Origin: Heterodontus francisci
Taxonomy: Eukaryota
DNA: 64,000 nucleotides
Assembly: GCF_036365525.1 (NCBI RefSeq)
Contig: NC_090412.1
Span: 11,698,123-11,762,122, forward strand
Reading direction: 5' to 3'
A model generated the notes under the pieces. It had not been told where the DNA came from. It worked only from the letters and a program-made list of their open reading frames with translations, and searched no databases. This document shows, piece by piece, positions 1-14,500 of this stretch. Position 1 is the first letter of the stretch. Each line of letters begins with the position of its first letter. Position numbers and translations under genes: made by a program.

Positions 1-241
1 CCACTCTGGGAAAAAGCTTCTTGCTATCCAACCTGTCTATACCTCTCATGATTTTGTACACCTCAATCAGGTCCCCCCTCAACCTCCGTCTTTCTAATGA
101 AAATAATCCTAATCTACTCAACCTCTCTTCATAGCTAGCGCCCTCCATACCAGGCAACATCCTGGTGAACCTCCTCTGCACCCTCTCCAAAGCATCCACA
201 TCCTTTTGGTAATGTGGCGACCAGAACTGCACGCAGTATTC
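1..241 (-). mobile_element. CR1 LINE 3'-region fragment (continues beyond window)
   Basis: Homologous to the CR1 RT C-terminal region at 44750-45070. Abuts the LINE starting at 242. Confidence 0.8.
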
Positions 242-2792
242 TCTCTTGTTGGAGATGGTCATTGCCTGGCACTTGTGTGGCTTGAATGTTACTTGCCACT
301 TATCAGCCCAAGCCTGGATATTGTCCAGGTCTTGCTGCATTTCTACACGGACTGCTTCAGTATCTGAGGAGTCACGAATGGTGCTGAACATTGTGCAATC
401 ATCCGGAGCCATCCCACTTCTGACCTTATGATTGAAGGAAGGTCATTGATAAAGCAGCTGAAGATGTTTGGGCCTAGGACACTACCCTGAGGGACTCCTG
501 CAGTGATGTCCTGGAGCTCAGATGATTGACCTCCAACAACCACAACCATCTTCCTTTGTGCTAGGTATGACTCCAGCCAGCAGAGGGTTTTCCCCCTGAT
601 TCCCATTGACCTCAGTTTTGCGAGGGCTCCTTGATGCCATACTCGGTCAAATGCTGCCTTGATGTCAAGGGCAGTCACTCTCACCTCACCTCTGGAGTTC
701 AGCGGTTTTGTCCATGTTTGAACCAAGGCTGTAATGAGGTCAGGAGCTGAGTGGCCCTGGCAGAACCCAAACTGAGCGTCACTGAGCAGGTTATTGCTAA
801 GCAAGCGCTGCTTGATGGCACTGTTGATGACACCTTCCATCACTTTACTGATGATTGAGAGTAGGCTGATGGGGCGCTAATTGGCTGGGTTGGATTTGTC
901 CTGCTTTTTGTGCTCAGGACATACCAGGGAAATTTTCCACATTGCAGGGTAGATGCCAGTGTTGTAGCTGTACTGGAACAGCTTGGCTAGGGGCGCGGCA
1001 AGTTCTGGAGCACAAATCTTCAGTACTATTGCCGGAATATCGTCAGGGCCCATAGCTTTTGCAGTATCCAGTGCTTTCAGTCGTTTCTTGATATCACGCG
1101 GAGTGAATCGTATTGGCTGAAGTCTGGCATCTGTGATGCTGGGGACTTCAGGAGGAGGCCGAGATGGATCATCAACAGCACTTCTGGCTGAAGATTGTTG
1201 CAAATGCTTCAGCCTTATCTTTTGCACTGATGGGCTGGGCTCCCCCATCATTGAGGATGGGGATATTTGTGGAGCCACCTCCTCCAGTTAGTTGCTTAGT
1301 TGTCCACCACCATTCACGGCTGGATGTGGCAGGACTGCAGAGCTTAGATCTGATCCGTTGGTTATGGGATCGCTTAGCTCTGTCTATCGCATGCTGCTTA
1401 CGCAGTTTGGCACGCAGATAGTCCTGTGTTGTAGCTTCACCAGGTTGACACCTCATTTTGAAGTATGCCTGGTGCTGCTCCTGGCATGCCCTCCTGTACT
1501 CTTCATTGTACCAGGGTTGGTCTCCTGGCTTGATGGTAATGGTAGAGTGGGGGATATGCCGGGCCATGAGGTTGCAGATTGTGGTTGAGTACAGTTCTGC
1601 TGCTGCTGATGGCCCACAGCACCTCATGGATGCCCAGTTTTGCATTGATAGATTTGTTCGAAATCTATCCCATTTAGCACGGTGATAGTGCCACACAACA
1701 CGATGGACGGTATCCTCAATGTGAAGGCGGGACTTCGTCTCCACAAGGACTGTGCGGTGGTCACTCCTACCAATACAGTCATGGACAGAAGCATCTGCAG
1801 CAGGCAGATTGGTGAGGATGAGGTCAAGTAAGCTTTTCCCTCGTGTTGGTTCCCCCACCACCTGCCGCAGACCCAGTCTAGCAGCTATGTCCTTTAGGAC
1901 TCGGCCAGCTCAGTCAGTAGTGGTGCTACCGAGCCACTCTTGGTGATGGACACTGAAGTCCCCCACCCAGAGTACATTTTGTGCCCTTGCCACCCTCAGT
2001 GCTTCCTCCAAGTGGTGTTCAACTTGGTGGAGTACTGAGTCATCAGCTGAGGGAGGACGGTAGGTGGTAATCAGTAGGAGGTTACCTTGCCCATGTTTGA
2101 CCTGATGCCATAAGACCTCATGGGGTCTGGAGTCGATCTTGAGGACTCCCAGGGCAACTCCCTCCCTACTGTGCCACCACCTCTGGTGGGTCTGTCCTGC
2201 CGGTGGGACAGGACATACCCAGGGATAGTGATTGCAGTGTCTGGGACATTGTAAAGTATGATTCCGTGAGTATGACTATGTCAGGCTGTTGCTTGACTAG
2301 TCTGTGGGACAGCTCTCCTAACTTTGGCACAAGCCCCTAGATGTTGGTAAGGAGGACTTTGCAGGGTCGACAGGGCTGGGTTTGCTGTTGTCGTTTCCGG
2401 TGCCTAGGTCGATGCCGGGTGGTCCGTCCGGTTTCATTCCTTTTTATTGACTTCGTAGCGGTTATGTACAACTGAGTGGCTTGCTAGACCATTTCAGAGG
2501 GCATGTAAGAGTTAACCACATTGCTGTGGGTCTGGAGTCACATGTAGGCCAGACCAAGTAAGGACAGCAGATTTCCTTCCCTAAAGGACATTAATGAACC
2601 AGATGGGTTTTTACAACAATCGACAATGGTTTCATGGCCATCATGAGAATAGCTTTTAATTCCAGATTTTTTTTATTTATTAAATTCAAATTCCACTTTC
2701 TGCATTGGTGGGATTCGAACCCATGTCCCCAGAGAAATACCCTGGGTCTCTTGGTTACTAGTCCAGTGATAATACCACTACGCCACCACCTA
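242..2792 (-). mobile_element. Degenerate LINE (APE + RT, CR1/L2/Jockey supergroup) with tRNA-like 5' head
   Basis: APE motifs (PDIVILTE, LDLILTN, SDH). RT motifs (ALDIKAAFDRV, GVPQGSVLGP). Frameshifted. A/B-box-like head at about 2705-2790. Confidence 0.9.
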
Positions 2793-3034
2793 CCCTACAG
2801 CCCAAAGATATGAGCGCTTCCTCTGGTGACTGCAACATGACTGGCTATCCCTCAATTCAGGTTGGAACTATAGTGCATTGACAAACTTTTGATTTGTGGA
2901 GGGTAGCGTAACATCTGAATGTGAGGTCCCAGCTCAGAAACATGAGAGGTTGACCTGAAGTCATGAGGAGGAAAGCAATTAATTGGATAGCTTCAGAATG
3001 TTGTCTGCATACTAGGAAGCATGTGGGGGCAGAT

Positions 3035-3810
3035 GGTGACATAGTCGTAATGTCACTGAACTAGCAATTCAGAAGCCCAGGCTAATGATTGGGTGGCGCA
3101 GTGGTTAGCACCGCAGCCTCACAGCTTCAGCGACCCGGGTGCAGTTCTGGGTACTGTCTGTATGGAGTTTGTAAGTTCTCCCTGTGACCACGCGGGTTTC
3201 CGCCGGGTGCTCCGGTTTCCTCCCACAGCCAAAGACTTGCAGGTTGATAGGTAAATTGGCCGTTGTAAATTGCCCCTAGTGTCAGTAGGAGAATGGTCGG
3301 GAATATGGGATTAATGTAGGAGGTGATGTGGTACGGAATATGGGATTAATGTAGGATTAGTATAAATGGGTGGTTGATGGTCGGCACAGACTCGGTGGGC
3401 CGAAGGACCTGTTTCAATGCTGTATCTCTCTATGACTCTAATGCTGTGGGGTCCTGGGTTCAGGTCCCACCATGGCAGCTGGTGGAATTTGAATTCAATA
3501 AATAAATTCATGTAATTAATAAAAAATCTGGAATTGAAAGCTAGTCTCGGTAATGGTGCCATGAAACTATCATTGATTGTTGTAAAAACCTATCTGGTTC
3601 ACTTTTATGTCCTTTCGGGATAAGGAAGCCTGCCCTGCTAACCTGGTCTGGCCTAAATGTGACTCCAGACCCACAGCAATGCAGTTGACTCTTAAATACC
3701 CTCTGAAATGGCTTAGCAAGCCACCCAGTTGTCAAGGGCAATTAGGGATGTGCATCAAATGCTGGCCTTGCCAGGAACACACACATCCCATGAAAGAAAA
3801 GAAAAAAATT
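3035..3810 (+). mobile_element. Short SINE-like derivative of the tRNA-headed LINE, interrupted by an HE1-like SINE
   Basis: Shares the 5' region with 2470-2790 and the 3' tail with 18345-18410. CTAATG is duplicated around the nested SINE. Confidence 0.75.
3092..3432 (+). mobile_element. HE1-like tRNA-derived V-SINE
   Basis: TGGCGCAGTGG A box, V-domain GGGTGCTCCGGTTTCCTCCCAC, CR1-type tail. Homologous to 62778-63120. Confidence 0.85.
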
Positions 3811-4879
3811 GATTAATTGAACTGCCCTGCACTTCCTTAATTGCTTCACCAATTCTTCACTATGTGGATTCACTTCAGTTTCAAAGTTACTGGTGAAGAA
3901 AATCAGCAGGATTGCCCAATCCCCATTGGCTATTGGCAATATAAGGTTGACTTCAATATAGTTCGAGCAAGTTCAATTGGCAGAATATCTGTTCCTCAAT
4001 CCATATGTTGTATTTTAGTACTATTTTTCAAAGTCAAAATAAAAATCACTTATTAAATGTAAATCAGACCCTTCATTTCTCCCCATCTCAACGTTCTGTT
4101 TATTCCTTCAACTGGGAAATTGGAATCATTTCTGGAACTGGCTGAGAAGAGATGTATTTCTGCAAGGCTGGTCAGAGGACTGGTGAAACGTAACCCTGGG
4201 GGGTAATTACATATTCAGTGCAAGTCATGGCCAAGACACCAAAATGACTGGTCTGAATTATTGAGAGAAGCCAATATCTCACAATAGAACAATTTAATAA
4301 ACTAACTGACAGTGTGAAGGAGATATAGGATGTATCTAATTGTATGATAGTGCTTCCATTTCATTTTAGTGTACGACACTTAAATTACAGTCCTCATAAT
4401 GGCTTGCTTCTTGTAAAGATTGAAAACTTTTATTTTCTCCCACTTTTAATTCTGAATTCTCCGATTCATTTCCAATAAATTATTTGGCTGAATGAGGAAA
4501 TATTCAGCCACTCAATGAACCAGGTCTTGTCGCTCAACAACATATGCCTCCTTCAAACTCCGTGACAATACAGAAGGATCCAGTGGGATTGTGCTTATTT
4601 ATGAACTGCAACGCTTCAGCTCCTCTTCCTTTCTCTACAGTAAAAGCAGATTCTCTTACTGTCTATGCAGATGCTTCATAATACAGGTAGCCACAGGAGG
4701 TTTCAGATCTATGACTAACACAGCCCATGCCCCAGCCTTTAAAAGCTTTTGAACGGAGAAAATACCTTGCCAGTGGAAAGTCAGAAACACATAATTGTGC
4801 TGTGTTGGTTATCCTTTTCACATCACTGACACTCCCTTCATATTTTCCTCTTTCCATAGTATAATCAAATTTTGTTCCG

Positions 4880-5120
4880 ATCCTTGACTGTGCTCTCTGC
4901 TGCCTGATCCTAAGCTCTGGAATTTCATCCTTAAGCCTATCTACCTCTCTCTCCTCCTTTAAGACGTTCCTTAAAACACATCTCTTTGACCAAGATTTTG
5001 GTCACCTGCCCTAATTTCTCCTTAAGTGGCTTGGTATTAAATTTTGTTTGAAAATGTTCCTGTGAGGGGCCTTGGGACATTTTACTATGTCAAAAGCACT
5101 TCATAAATGCAAGTTGTAAT
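4880..5120 (+). mobile_element. L2 LINE 3' end fragment
   Basis: Homologous to the L2 tail at 19700-19950. Confidence 0.7.
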
Positions 5121-5456
5121 TAATGTCAAAAAAAACTGTGCCTTCATATTTTATTTGTGAATGCAGCATGCTTAAATGCACAGATGTAATTTCACTGCGA
5201 GGAAGAAAAATTATGTGACTATAGTATATGCATGAAATGTTTTTATTTAATTCTATTAAAATTTCTAAACAAAACACACAGCTATTGAATTAGGCTCAGC
5301 TGTAGAGTGCTGCAAAATACTGTTAATCCCTGGAGAAGAGTCCACATCATTAGCAGAAGTCAGAAAATGAGACCAGGCAATGAGATGACGAGAAGCAACA
5401 TTTCATTTCACCATAATGAAGCGAGGATACAAATTACAGTGCAATTTGTCAACTGG

Positions 5457-5521
5457 TCAGTAGGCATTTCTCACTGCTCTCGCTGCATTCTTGCAAATTG
5501 GGTCCAGTTTCCCATCACCTC
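5457..5521 (-). CDS. C10orf53: C10orf53 exon 3, 65 nt coding
   Basis: TTTATTTATAG acceptor, GDGKLDP...NAY TGA, AATAAA at 5242-5247 downstream. Confidence 0.93.
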
Positions 5522-8500
5522 CTATAAATAAAGCAGGAAAAAGTAGTGCATAAATTCAATAAATAGATTTCTTACCATTTTTTCACACAGAAAAACTGTT
5601 TTAAATAATCTTGGGCCCGCTCATGCAGTTATTTATGGAATATATTTTCTGCCAGCTGTACAGAGCAGGAAGGGAACATTGCTACATGTAATGACTCCTG
5701 CAGGTAAGTATCTATATAAATTTAGATGGTATCTAAAGTTCAAATAGTACAGACAATTAGTAAAGATGAGGGAGCCTCTTCTTGACTGGTACACTTGGCT
5801 ACTTACCCTTGACTGAACTGCAGGAGATGTGTAGCCTCCCTTTCTTCTCTACCCTTCTTGAACTCCCACAAGGTTATCAGAGACAACCCGCTAAATCCAA
5901 TGCCCACAAGCCATGACTGAAAGAGTAATATGATTGGGGAAAGCACTTTTCACAGTCATGTCTTTCCATTACCTGATTGAGCTGCAAAAGCGTCACAGCA
6001 AAACTGTGCATTTGGTTCCTCAACAAAGGATTGATTACTGGTACTGGTTGGATTTAGGCCAAAATTTGGATTAATTTAATAATCCAAACCTGCACAATCT
6101 AGTCTAGGCCACTTCTTTAGATTTAGTATTTTTTTCTTAACTATCTGGTACAGCTCTATGAGTACAATTGCTACACTATTTCTGCTGGCTCAGAAAAATA
6201 AACAGTAAATTTGAGGACAGAGATGAAGATGCAAGTATGTTTACACATTTTAAAATACAGTCTACTCTTAATTCAAAGCTGTTTCATTAAAATGGAGATA
6301 GTGGTGTCATGGCAATGGCACTAGACTAGTAACCCAGAGCCCAGGTTAATACCACCACAGCAGATGGTGAAATTAATTAATTAATTAATCTGGAATTAAA
6401 AGCTAGTCTAATGGTGACCAGGAAACCGTTTGTCGATTGTTGTCAAAATCCATCTGGTTTACTAATGCCATCCTTACCTGGTCTGGCCTACATGTGACTC
6501 CAGACCCACTGCAATGTGGTTGACTCTTAAAATGCCCTCTGAAATGGCCGAGCAAGCCACTCAAGGGCAATTAGGGTTGGGCAATAAATGTTGGCCTAGC
6601 CAGTGACACCCACATCCCACAAACAAATAAAAAAAATGAGCTGTTATTTCATTTTTTAAACATTACTTTCCTATGCTAGTTACATGTACCGGATGATTCA
6701 ACTTTTTAAATGCAAAACAAAATTCTTTGAGTTATCCAGAGGAGACTGTAATGGAAAGTCATAAATAATGGGATGAGCTGAACTAGCAGCTGAAAAGATC
6801 CAAGCTATTGCAATACATGGTGCCCATTGGGATTAACTTCCAGCTCTTAGAAATTGCTTGACCTAGAAATGAATAAGATCAGTAGTCTTTCCCTAAGGAA
6901 AGTAACTTCACTGTTGCATGTCCCTACACTGTGCCAGCTGTGTGCTGACAGATCTCTAGCCAACTGCGGTAGGTGGCTTGGAGTGACAATCACTCAGCTG
7001 GGATCACCTTAACTGCAAGTTTCCTTCATTGACAAAAAAAATTGAGTACTAATTACAATGAAACACTTACAAATAATTTGACAGTGAAACTTCCGAGGAA
7101 GTGTCATCATCAAAGTGACTGGCAAATCTTCTGGGTGACAGAAGAAAATTCTTTCTCACCATGTACAAATGGCGCTTGGTACTTTGAAGGCAATTTATGA
7201 CATTGTGCTGTGAGTTTGCAAACAAATGGGAAAAGAATCCACATGATTTTCAATCAAGATGCATTGTTTCCACTATCAGAGATCGAGTCTTGCCACGTAA
7301 CAAGTTAAAAAAATAGTTGAAAAGAATTACCATCAATCTTTGGCACCTGTAGCACTGTTGCACATTGACTGCGGTGCCCAGCATTATGAGATGGTAAGAC
7401 CTGTTCAGCCCTTTATGTGCAGTGTGCATCATAAAGTACCAGAATTGCTTCTAATGCTGTGAGCCTCCACACATGTGCCCTGGGCTAATTAAGGGGCTGA
7501 AAAATACAATAAGCAGACCATGCCCCATAACGTCTCTGGAGTGCCTGAAGACGGAGCTTAGGGCTTTATAAAATAGTTACTACAAGGAAATTCCTTCCTT
7601 CACATTGGGTGTTACCATTTAAAGTAACTTGATCCAAATATATATTGTGTGTTTTGCATATAGTTGCATTTTGAACAGTAACTTCTTTCTTGTGTAGCTG
7701 TTGTTTGCTTTGTTTCTTTGCTATTATGTTTTGTTAGAAACAAACCTACTGTTGTCATCTTAAAGTTATATTTGGCTCTTGCCCTCGCCATGTACAAATT
7801 ATGAATCCAGTAAGACATCAAATATCTATGCAAACTCCTGAAGTCAGACCTGGGAACCATTTCAATGACCAGGGCAGCTCAGTGAGTTGTAACAGCCTCA
7901 TTGAGTTTTTACAGTCCTCAGGAGCTGTCGGAGATCTCTGCCACATCTGCCAACCTTCAGTGCACTTGCACATCACTGATGCATTAGTTGCTATGGCTAG
8001 CAACTTCATCGGTTTTCTTCTGGAAAGCAGCCCAAAGCTTAAAGGAGTTTTCCACTTCCACCATGTGATAAGATGCCCCAGAATGTAGGCCATCAGTGTG
8101 GTCATACACACCTGGACCACATCATCAGCCCATTCAGTTATTTTTCTGTTCAATTTGTGTTATTTATCTGTGTTACATAGAAACATAGAAAAACAAATGT
8201 TAATTCTTTCAATATTTTTGTTCTAAACAATGAGAGCTTAGTGTTATTAAGGGACTGAACCTGATAGTGTAAGGGAGCTGAATCAACACACGTAGTTGAA
8301 ATGACAATCACTGAGGGTTAATGACTCTCTTTCCTGGTATCGATTCAGCTCAAATCATCAGAACCAATAATTCTGTCAGACAGGTCTCCTGATAAAATCC
8401 TCAGTATTCAGTTTCAATAAAATAAGCACCCAAAAATAGAACCAAAATGATGTTGAATCTCTTGAATCTCGGTCAGTGTGGAACTGAGGCGCACAGGCAA

Positions 8501-11500
8501 GACAGGTCCCAGATTTGCCCTCAGAGTTGTTCTGTGCTGAGTTGGCTGAAATGCAGCTGACAGTGGTCACATTATGTAAGTTAATGCTCTCCTCTCTGGT
8601 AGCAGTCACACCACCTTCATTTTTATGCAGCTGCTATTGGTCATCGCTCGCCCGACTCCTGACTGTCTCTTCCCCTGGGCCAACACCACAGCTGACCAAT
8701 CTTACTACCCTGCCCCCTCCCATCCCCTCACCACTCATCCCACGTAGCCAGTGAGCTGCCTCTGGGCCCACAATGTGCCGGGATTGAACCACATCATCAG
8801 TGAGAATGGTGATTAAAAACCTCTACCTACCCATAGTGCAACTTAAAAAGTGCAAAGAACATCTTACAGCAGCTTGAATGTCATTATTTCAGTTCAGTTT
8901 CTAATCCATAAATCCACAATAGACCAATTTGCTGTTGCCCTGCTATCGGCCTCAATAAGCACATACAGCCTACGTTCCTAGGCTTCAAGTCCATAATTCT
9001 TGGCACTCAGAAAAATTACATTGTAATATCCTGATGAGTAATTATGTGTGGCCTGTAAGCTCGGGAACATAGTTGCCCATTTCCACATTATATAGGGCTG
9101 TGTACTCTTCCATTTGTTATTAATGCCGGATTTGACTTAACACAATTGAACCCAGTCACAATGAACATATGATGAGGAATAAGATTGTGAAATCTGGGGC
9201 ATTTGTTACTAATTCTTCTGTAGCTGGTTTTGTTGCATTCAAATATGATTGGATTAGAATATAGTGTATCCATAGAGCACTGCAATTGGCAGCAGACTAG
9301 AATCTTACATACTAAGCAGGTGATTTCCCTGTGGGATGTTGACCAGAGGCCAAGCAATATTTTTCCAGAAGGAAAATAAGGAAAGCACCTGAGAAAGAAG
9401 AATGAGGAGGTGAGAAAGTGTGAAATTTCACATACACACTCAAAATAAATCACTCTGTAAACTAATATACAGCTTAGAGTATTGGTAAACTGGCACAGAA
9501 AATATTTTTTCATACAAGCAAAAGATTGTAATTAACTATAACTAAACTGGAATGATATTAGATTCATTTAAAGATGCTGCCCTGAGGAGATGCCAGGGTA
9601 GGTATACCAGGCACATGAGATCAAATGCATGGGCTGTATTTTCAGGGCTGCCTGAAGGAGGGGATGGAGGGAAAGGGGCACCAGAAATACTGGTGCCCAG
9701 ATGGTATGTCAGTTGCAGGACGCCCTTCCCAGTGCCAGATATTTTGGAGGAGACGGGTTCACGGCCCGGGAAGGCCGCCCATCCGCACGAGGCGAGCAGG
9801 CAATTAGGCTCATTAAAAGCCTTGTTAAAAGTGAGTGCAGAAGGCCAACTGGGATCTTCCAGTCAGCCTCCAGTTTCCTGACACAAGAGGGTGCAGATCA
9901 ACTGCCTGGAGACAGCACCCAGTAGCAGGCTAGGGTACCAGTGCTCCTGGCAGGCCTACAGTCTCTCCCTGCCTCCCAGGGTAGGTTGGGTGCGGCCAAA
10001 GACCACCTTGTAGAGGGCCCCCACAGTGGTGTCCTGGCTGATTTTTGTATAACATTTTTTTAAAGTGGCTGAGAGGACACCTTCTTGTTGAAGCACCCTC
10101 CCAGTTACTTGCCTTGTACTGCAGTCGGGTACTTCTCTGAAGCTGGAAAGCCTCTAATTGGCCCTCCAGCTTCGAAAGCCCACCCGCCATCCTTAATTGG
10201 ATAGGAAACCCATCTCCATGCCAAATAAGGGTTCACCCATGTCAAAATCTGAATTTTAATCAGTTTCCTCCTGAGGAAGGTTTCTGACCCAAAAACTAAC
10301 CCAGCTCCTGGTTCCTGCCTCCGTGGTGAAAATTCAGCGTGTTGTTATTCAAACTATCTTGTGAACTGAAAAGTGAGCATTTTGAATTGGTTTTACCACA
10401 TTCTCAATTTGGTGCTAACTGTCTCTTCAAACACAGCTGGAGAATTGCAGCATCAAATTAAAATCAATGCGACCATACTCAAAGGACAGCAGTGTCTGAT
10501 CAGAAGGAGCCATTGAAAAGTTTGGTTCAATTATAATGACGAGGTATTGAAGTAGTAAGACACATAGACAGTTCCCTCTGACCTCAGTGTGTTCAATTTT
10601 GAACCCAGTGCTTGATTGATGAGAGAAAGGCACTTTGGGATTTAGCTAAAATCTGATTTGGCTTAAAATGATTTAAGTTTGTGCTATTAATTACAACACT
10701 CCTGCAAAGACACTGCCTATCAAATAAATGAATTGCAGGGCAATAGCTGCAACATGTCGAAGGAGGGATCACAGGCAGAAATATAAATATAAGAAAGCAG
10801 ATTTTTTTTGAAAGCACATTGTGTTAGATACTGCACTACGCCAATATTGCACAAATAAAAGAACTTAAGTCCAAGTCTGTAATAGTCAAATACCTGAGTT
10901 TAAATTAAGCCAATCAACAGTAACATCAAGCTATATAAATCAAGACAGGAGTTCGTGTGATGAGTCTTGACAAGGTTTTGCTGAAGATAGCCAACTTCAG
11001 GCCCAATATTGACAGGGTGTGTGGAACGACAACATCACACCACAAGTCTAGTGATTGTGGGGAAGGAGAGAGACAAATACACAATTCAAATAAATCATTT
11101 TGTTCAAAGGTTTCCTATTTGTATAATTCAGAGACAACTGTTTGAACTATTATCTAATCCTAGAACTCACGTCTAATTCTCTGAAAATAGAGAATGTTAG
11201 GTTTTTTTGGTTGATCTGAGATTTTCATTATAGTGTTATGTATAAAATCATTTTGAGAATTGCTTACCAAAATCAAGATCTATTATGTTACATTTGAAGA
11301 CAGATTCTCCTTTCACAATAAGTTCCACAGTATTCCAGTCAAGAAATTGTTCTAGAATCCAATGATGACCATTGGCCTCCAGCATAGCTTCAAAAAAGGA
11401 AAAACCAATTAAATCTATTTATTTATTTTGAGAACATCCATCATACTGCAACAATTACACTTCAGATATCATAATTTGTTTAAAGCACCAACAAATTGTA

Positions 11501-14500
11501 ATTTTAAAATCTTCAAAAAATAATGTAAGCAAAAAACAATTGTTTACTGCAGTTTGCTGACCTTAATTTAGCCTGGAGTGAATGTTGATGTAGGAAGGAA
11601 ATAAAGCAAATAGCTGCCAATCTCAGACAATTTTGAAAGGAAAGCAATAATGAGCCCAAATAGCATTTTTACCCAACTCCTCTCAATGCCTTCAAAATAC
11701 TGGTGAGTCGCAAAATTTAGAAACTGCAGTCCAAACCCAAGATCAACAATGAACACCATATGGATTAGCTGATAAATGTTGATCACTGACTATTTTGCCC
11801 TCTTAAATTATATATCTCTTTCCTTTAAAAACAGAATATTTTAGTGTGACTTACTGGGAGTAATGTTAATTGAACTCCATTGACTGCAACGAAAATTAAA
11901 AACAGGTGGGGTTAAAACCAACATTGTACCCGATCTCTTGTGTTTACCAACAGCCGGGTTAGGTTAAATTGCCCCATTATCCCAAAAATGTTCCAAATAA
12001 TCAGGAATTTTGGCAATAGTGTCCTCTCTGCCAATCATCCTCAATTGTTCTTTATTGAGAAAGGGTCTCCTATACAGCCTTCCTATGTTCTGATAGATCA
12101 AAAGTATAGAATTTAAATAAATGTCAAATTAAACTTTACTGTGTTGTGAAGATTACATCAAATCAAAAGTGAGAGAACACTCAGGAACCATTGATGGGCA
12201 AAGATATTGATGGATACTGGGATACAGAAGCCTAGAGAATTTTGACACCGACAATTACAAGGATTTCCTTTCCCAGTACTAACTACAAATTAAGCTTCAG
12301 TAGTATTGCAATATGTTTTGGAGTACAAGATACTTCGAACTGACAGACTAAAATAAAGAGTTTGGGAAATAAAGATGAAAGGAATAAATTTAAAATTACT
12401 GCAACATCCATTAAATGAAGAACTATCTTAATTGGGGAAAGTATCCAGCTAGTAAATCAATTTGCTCACAGCAAGGTCCTGCAAAAAGCAATGAGATAGA
12501 TGACCAGAGAAGTTAAGTGATATTGATTGAGGGATAAGTATTGGCCCAGACTCGAGGGGAAATACACCAGCTCATTTTAAATAGTTCCCTGGGGTCTTTT
12601 AAATCCATCTTAGACAGGACACTGGCCCTCAATTTAATACCTCATTTAAAAGGTGGCACCTGCAACAGTGCAGCCTCAGTGTTACACTGAACTGTCAGTA
12701 TAGATTATGTACTCAAGTCTCTGGAGTGGGACTCAAAGCCATGACCCAAAAGCAAGAGTGTTTCACCCACTTTACACTATCACTTTACCCTTGTTGTGGT
12801 AGTTTAGTGGTAATGGTATAGGACTCGCAACCCATAGGTTGTGAATTTAAATTGTAAAATTGTATTCAATAAATCTGATGGCAGCAAAGTAACAATGAAA
12901 GATAATTGTTTTTATGTCATGAGTGTCTATGGTAGCAAAACAAAGAACAAAGAACAATACAGCACAGGAACAGGCCATTCGGCCCTCCAAGCCTGCGCTG
13001 ATCTTGATGCCTGCCTAAACTAACACCTTCTGCACTTCCAGGGCCCATATCCCTCTATTCCCATCCTATTCATGTATTTGTCAAGATGTCTCTTAAACGT
13101 CGCTATCGTATCTGCTTCCACCACCTCCCCTGGCAGCAAGTTCCAGGCACTCACCACCCTCTGTGTAAAAAACTTGCCTCGCACATCCCCTCTAAACTTT
13201 GCCCCTCGCACCTTAAACCTATGTCCCCTAGTAACTGACTCTTCCACCCTGGGAAAAAGCTTCTGACTATCCACTCTGTCCATGCCGCTCATAACTTTGT
13301 AAACCTCTATCATGTTGCCCCTCCACCTCCATCGTTCCAGTGAAAGCCTAGTGGTTAAGGTTCTGGACTAGCAAGGTATGTCTTGTTGAGCAAGTTGTGA
13401 AACTGAAGATGGTAAGTATACCACAGGGATGAAAAGAATTATCACAGGAGCTTCTGGATTGACTTTAAACATGCAACTTGTTTGTATATGTACTACAGGG
13501 AAGGGAATCTGCCATCCTAACTGGTCTGGCCTGCATGTTACTCTGACTGGCCTCAGAGCAACTATGGATGAATAATATCCCATATACTAAGAACATTTAA
13601 AAAAACACAGGTACAAGTAATGCAGTGATTTACAAGATGTAATATGTACAATGCATAGCAAACAAAACTAGTTTGTTGAATCTTTTTTATGAAGGAGGTG
13701 TGCCTTTAACTGGCGTCACTTGGGTAAGTGTGATAGTCATCCTAACCCCCTCACCACTTGGCACAGTATCTGTGAGATAAAAACAAAAAGTGCTGGAATT
13801 ACTCAGCAGGTCTGGCAGCATCTGTGGAGAGAGAAGCAGAGTTAACATTTCAGGTCTGTGACCTTTTATCAGAACTAGTAAAGGTTAGAAAAGAATTAGG
13901 TTTTAAGCAAGTGAAGGGGAGAGAAGTGGGGGAGAGAAGAAAGGGGAAGGGGTTTGATAGGGCAGGAGAGATTAAATAACAAAGCTGTCCTGGGACAAAG
14001 GCAAAGAGTGTGTTAATGCTTATGGTGAAAGACAAAGCATTAGTCCAGACAGAGTGTTAATAGTGGAATAATGAGCAGTTCTGACTACATGAAAAGCAGG
14101 CACATGGTTAAAAAATAAAATATTAAAAAAAGCCCAGTCATGCTCTGAAGTTATTAAACTCAATGTTCAGTCTGCAAGGCTGGAGAGTGCCTAATCGATA
14201 GATCAGGTGCTGCTTCTCAAGCTTGCGTTGATGTTCACTGGAGAAACTGGAGCAGGTCAAAGACAGAAATGTTGGTATGAGAGCAGGGGAATGTGTTGAA
14301 ATGGCAAGCAACAGGAAGCTCGAGGTCATGCTTTCGGACTGAGTGGAGGTGTTCCGCAAAGCGGTCACCCAATCTGTGTTTGGTCTCCCCACTGTAGAGG
14401 AGACTGCATTGTGAGCAATGATTACAGTATACTAAATTGAAAGAAGTACAAGTAAATCGCTGCTTCACCTGAAAGGAGTGTTTGGGGCCTTGGATAGTGA

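Noticed and set aside
4621-5710. Plus-strand acceptor (4640) and donor CAG|GTAAGT (5703) suggesting an antisense transcript
   Set aside because: Isolated splice-like motifs occur by chance, with no ORF or other support.
7801-8153. Overlapping 95 and 111 aa ORFs in C10orf53 intron 2
   Set aside because: No recognisable homology (not OGDHL or an extra CHAT exon) and no convincing splice frame.
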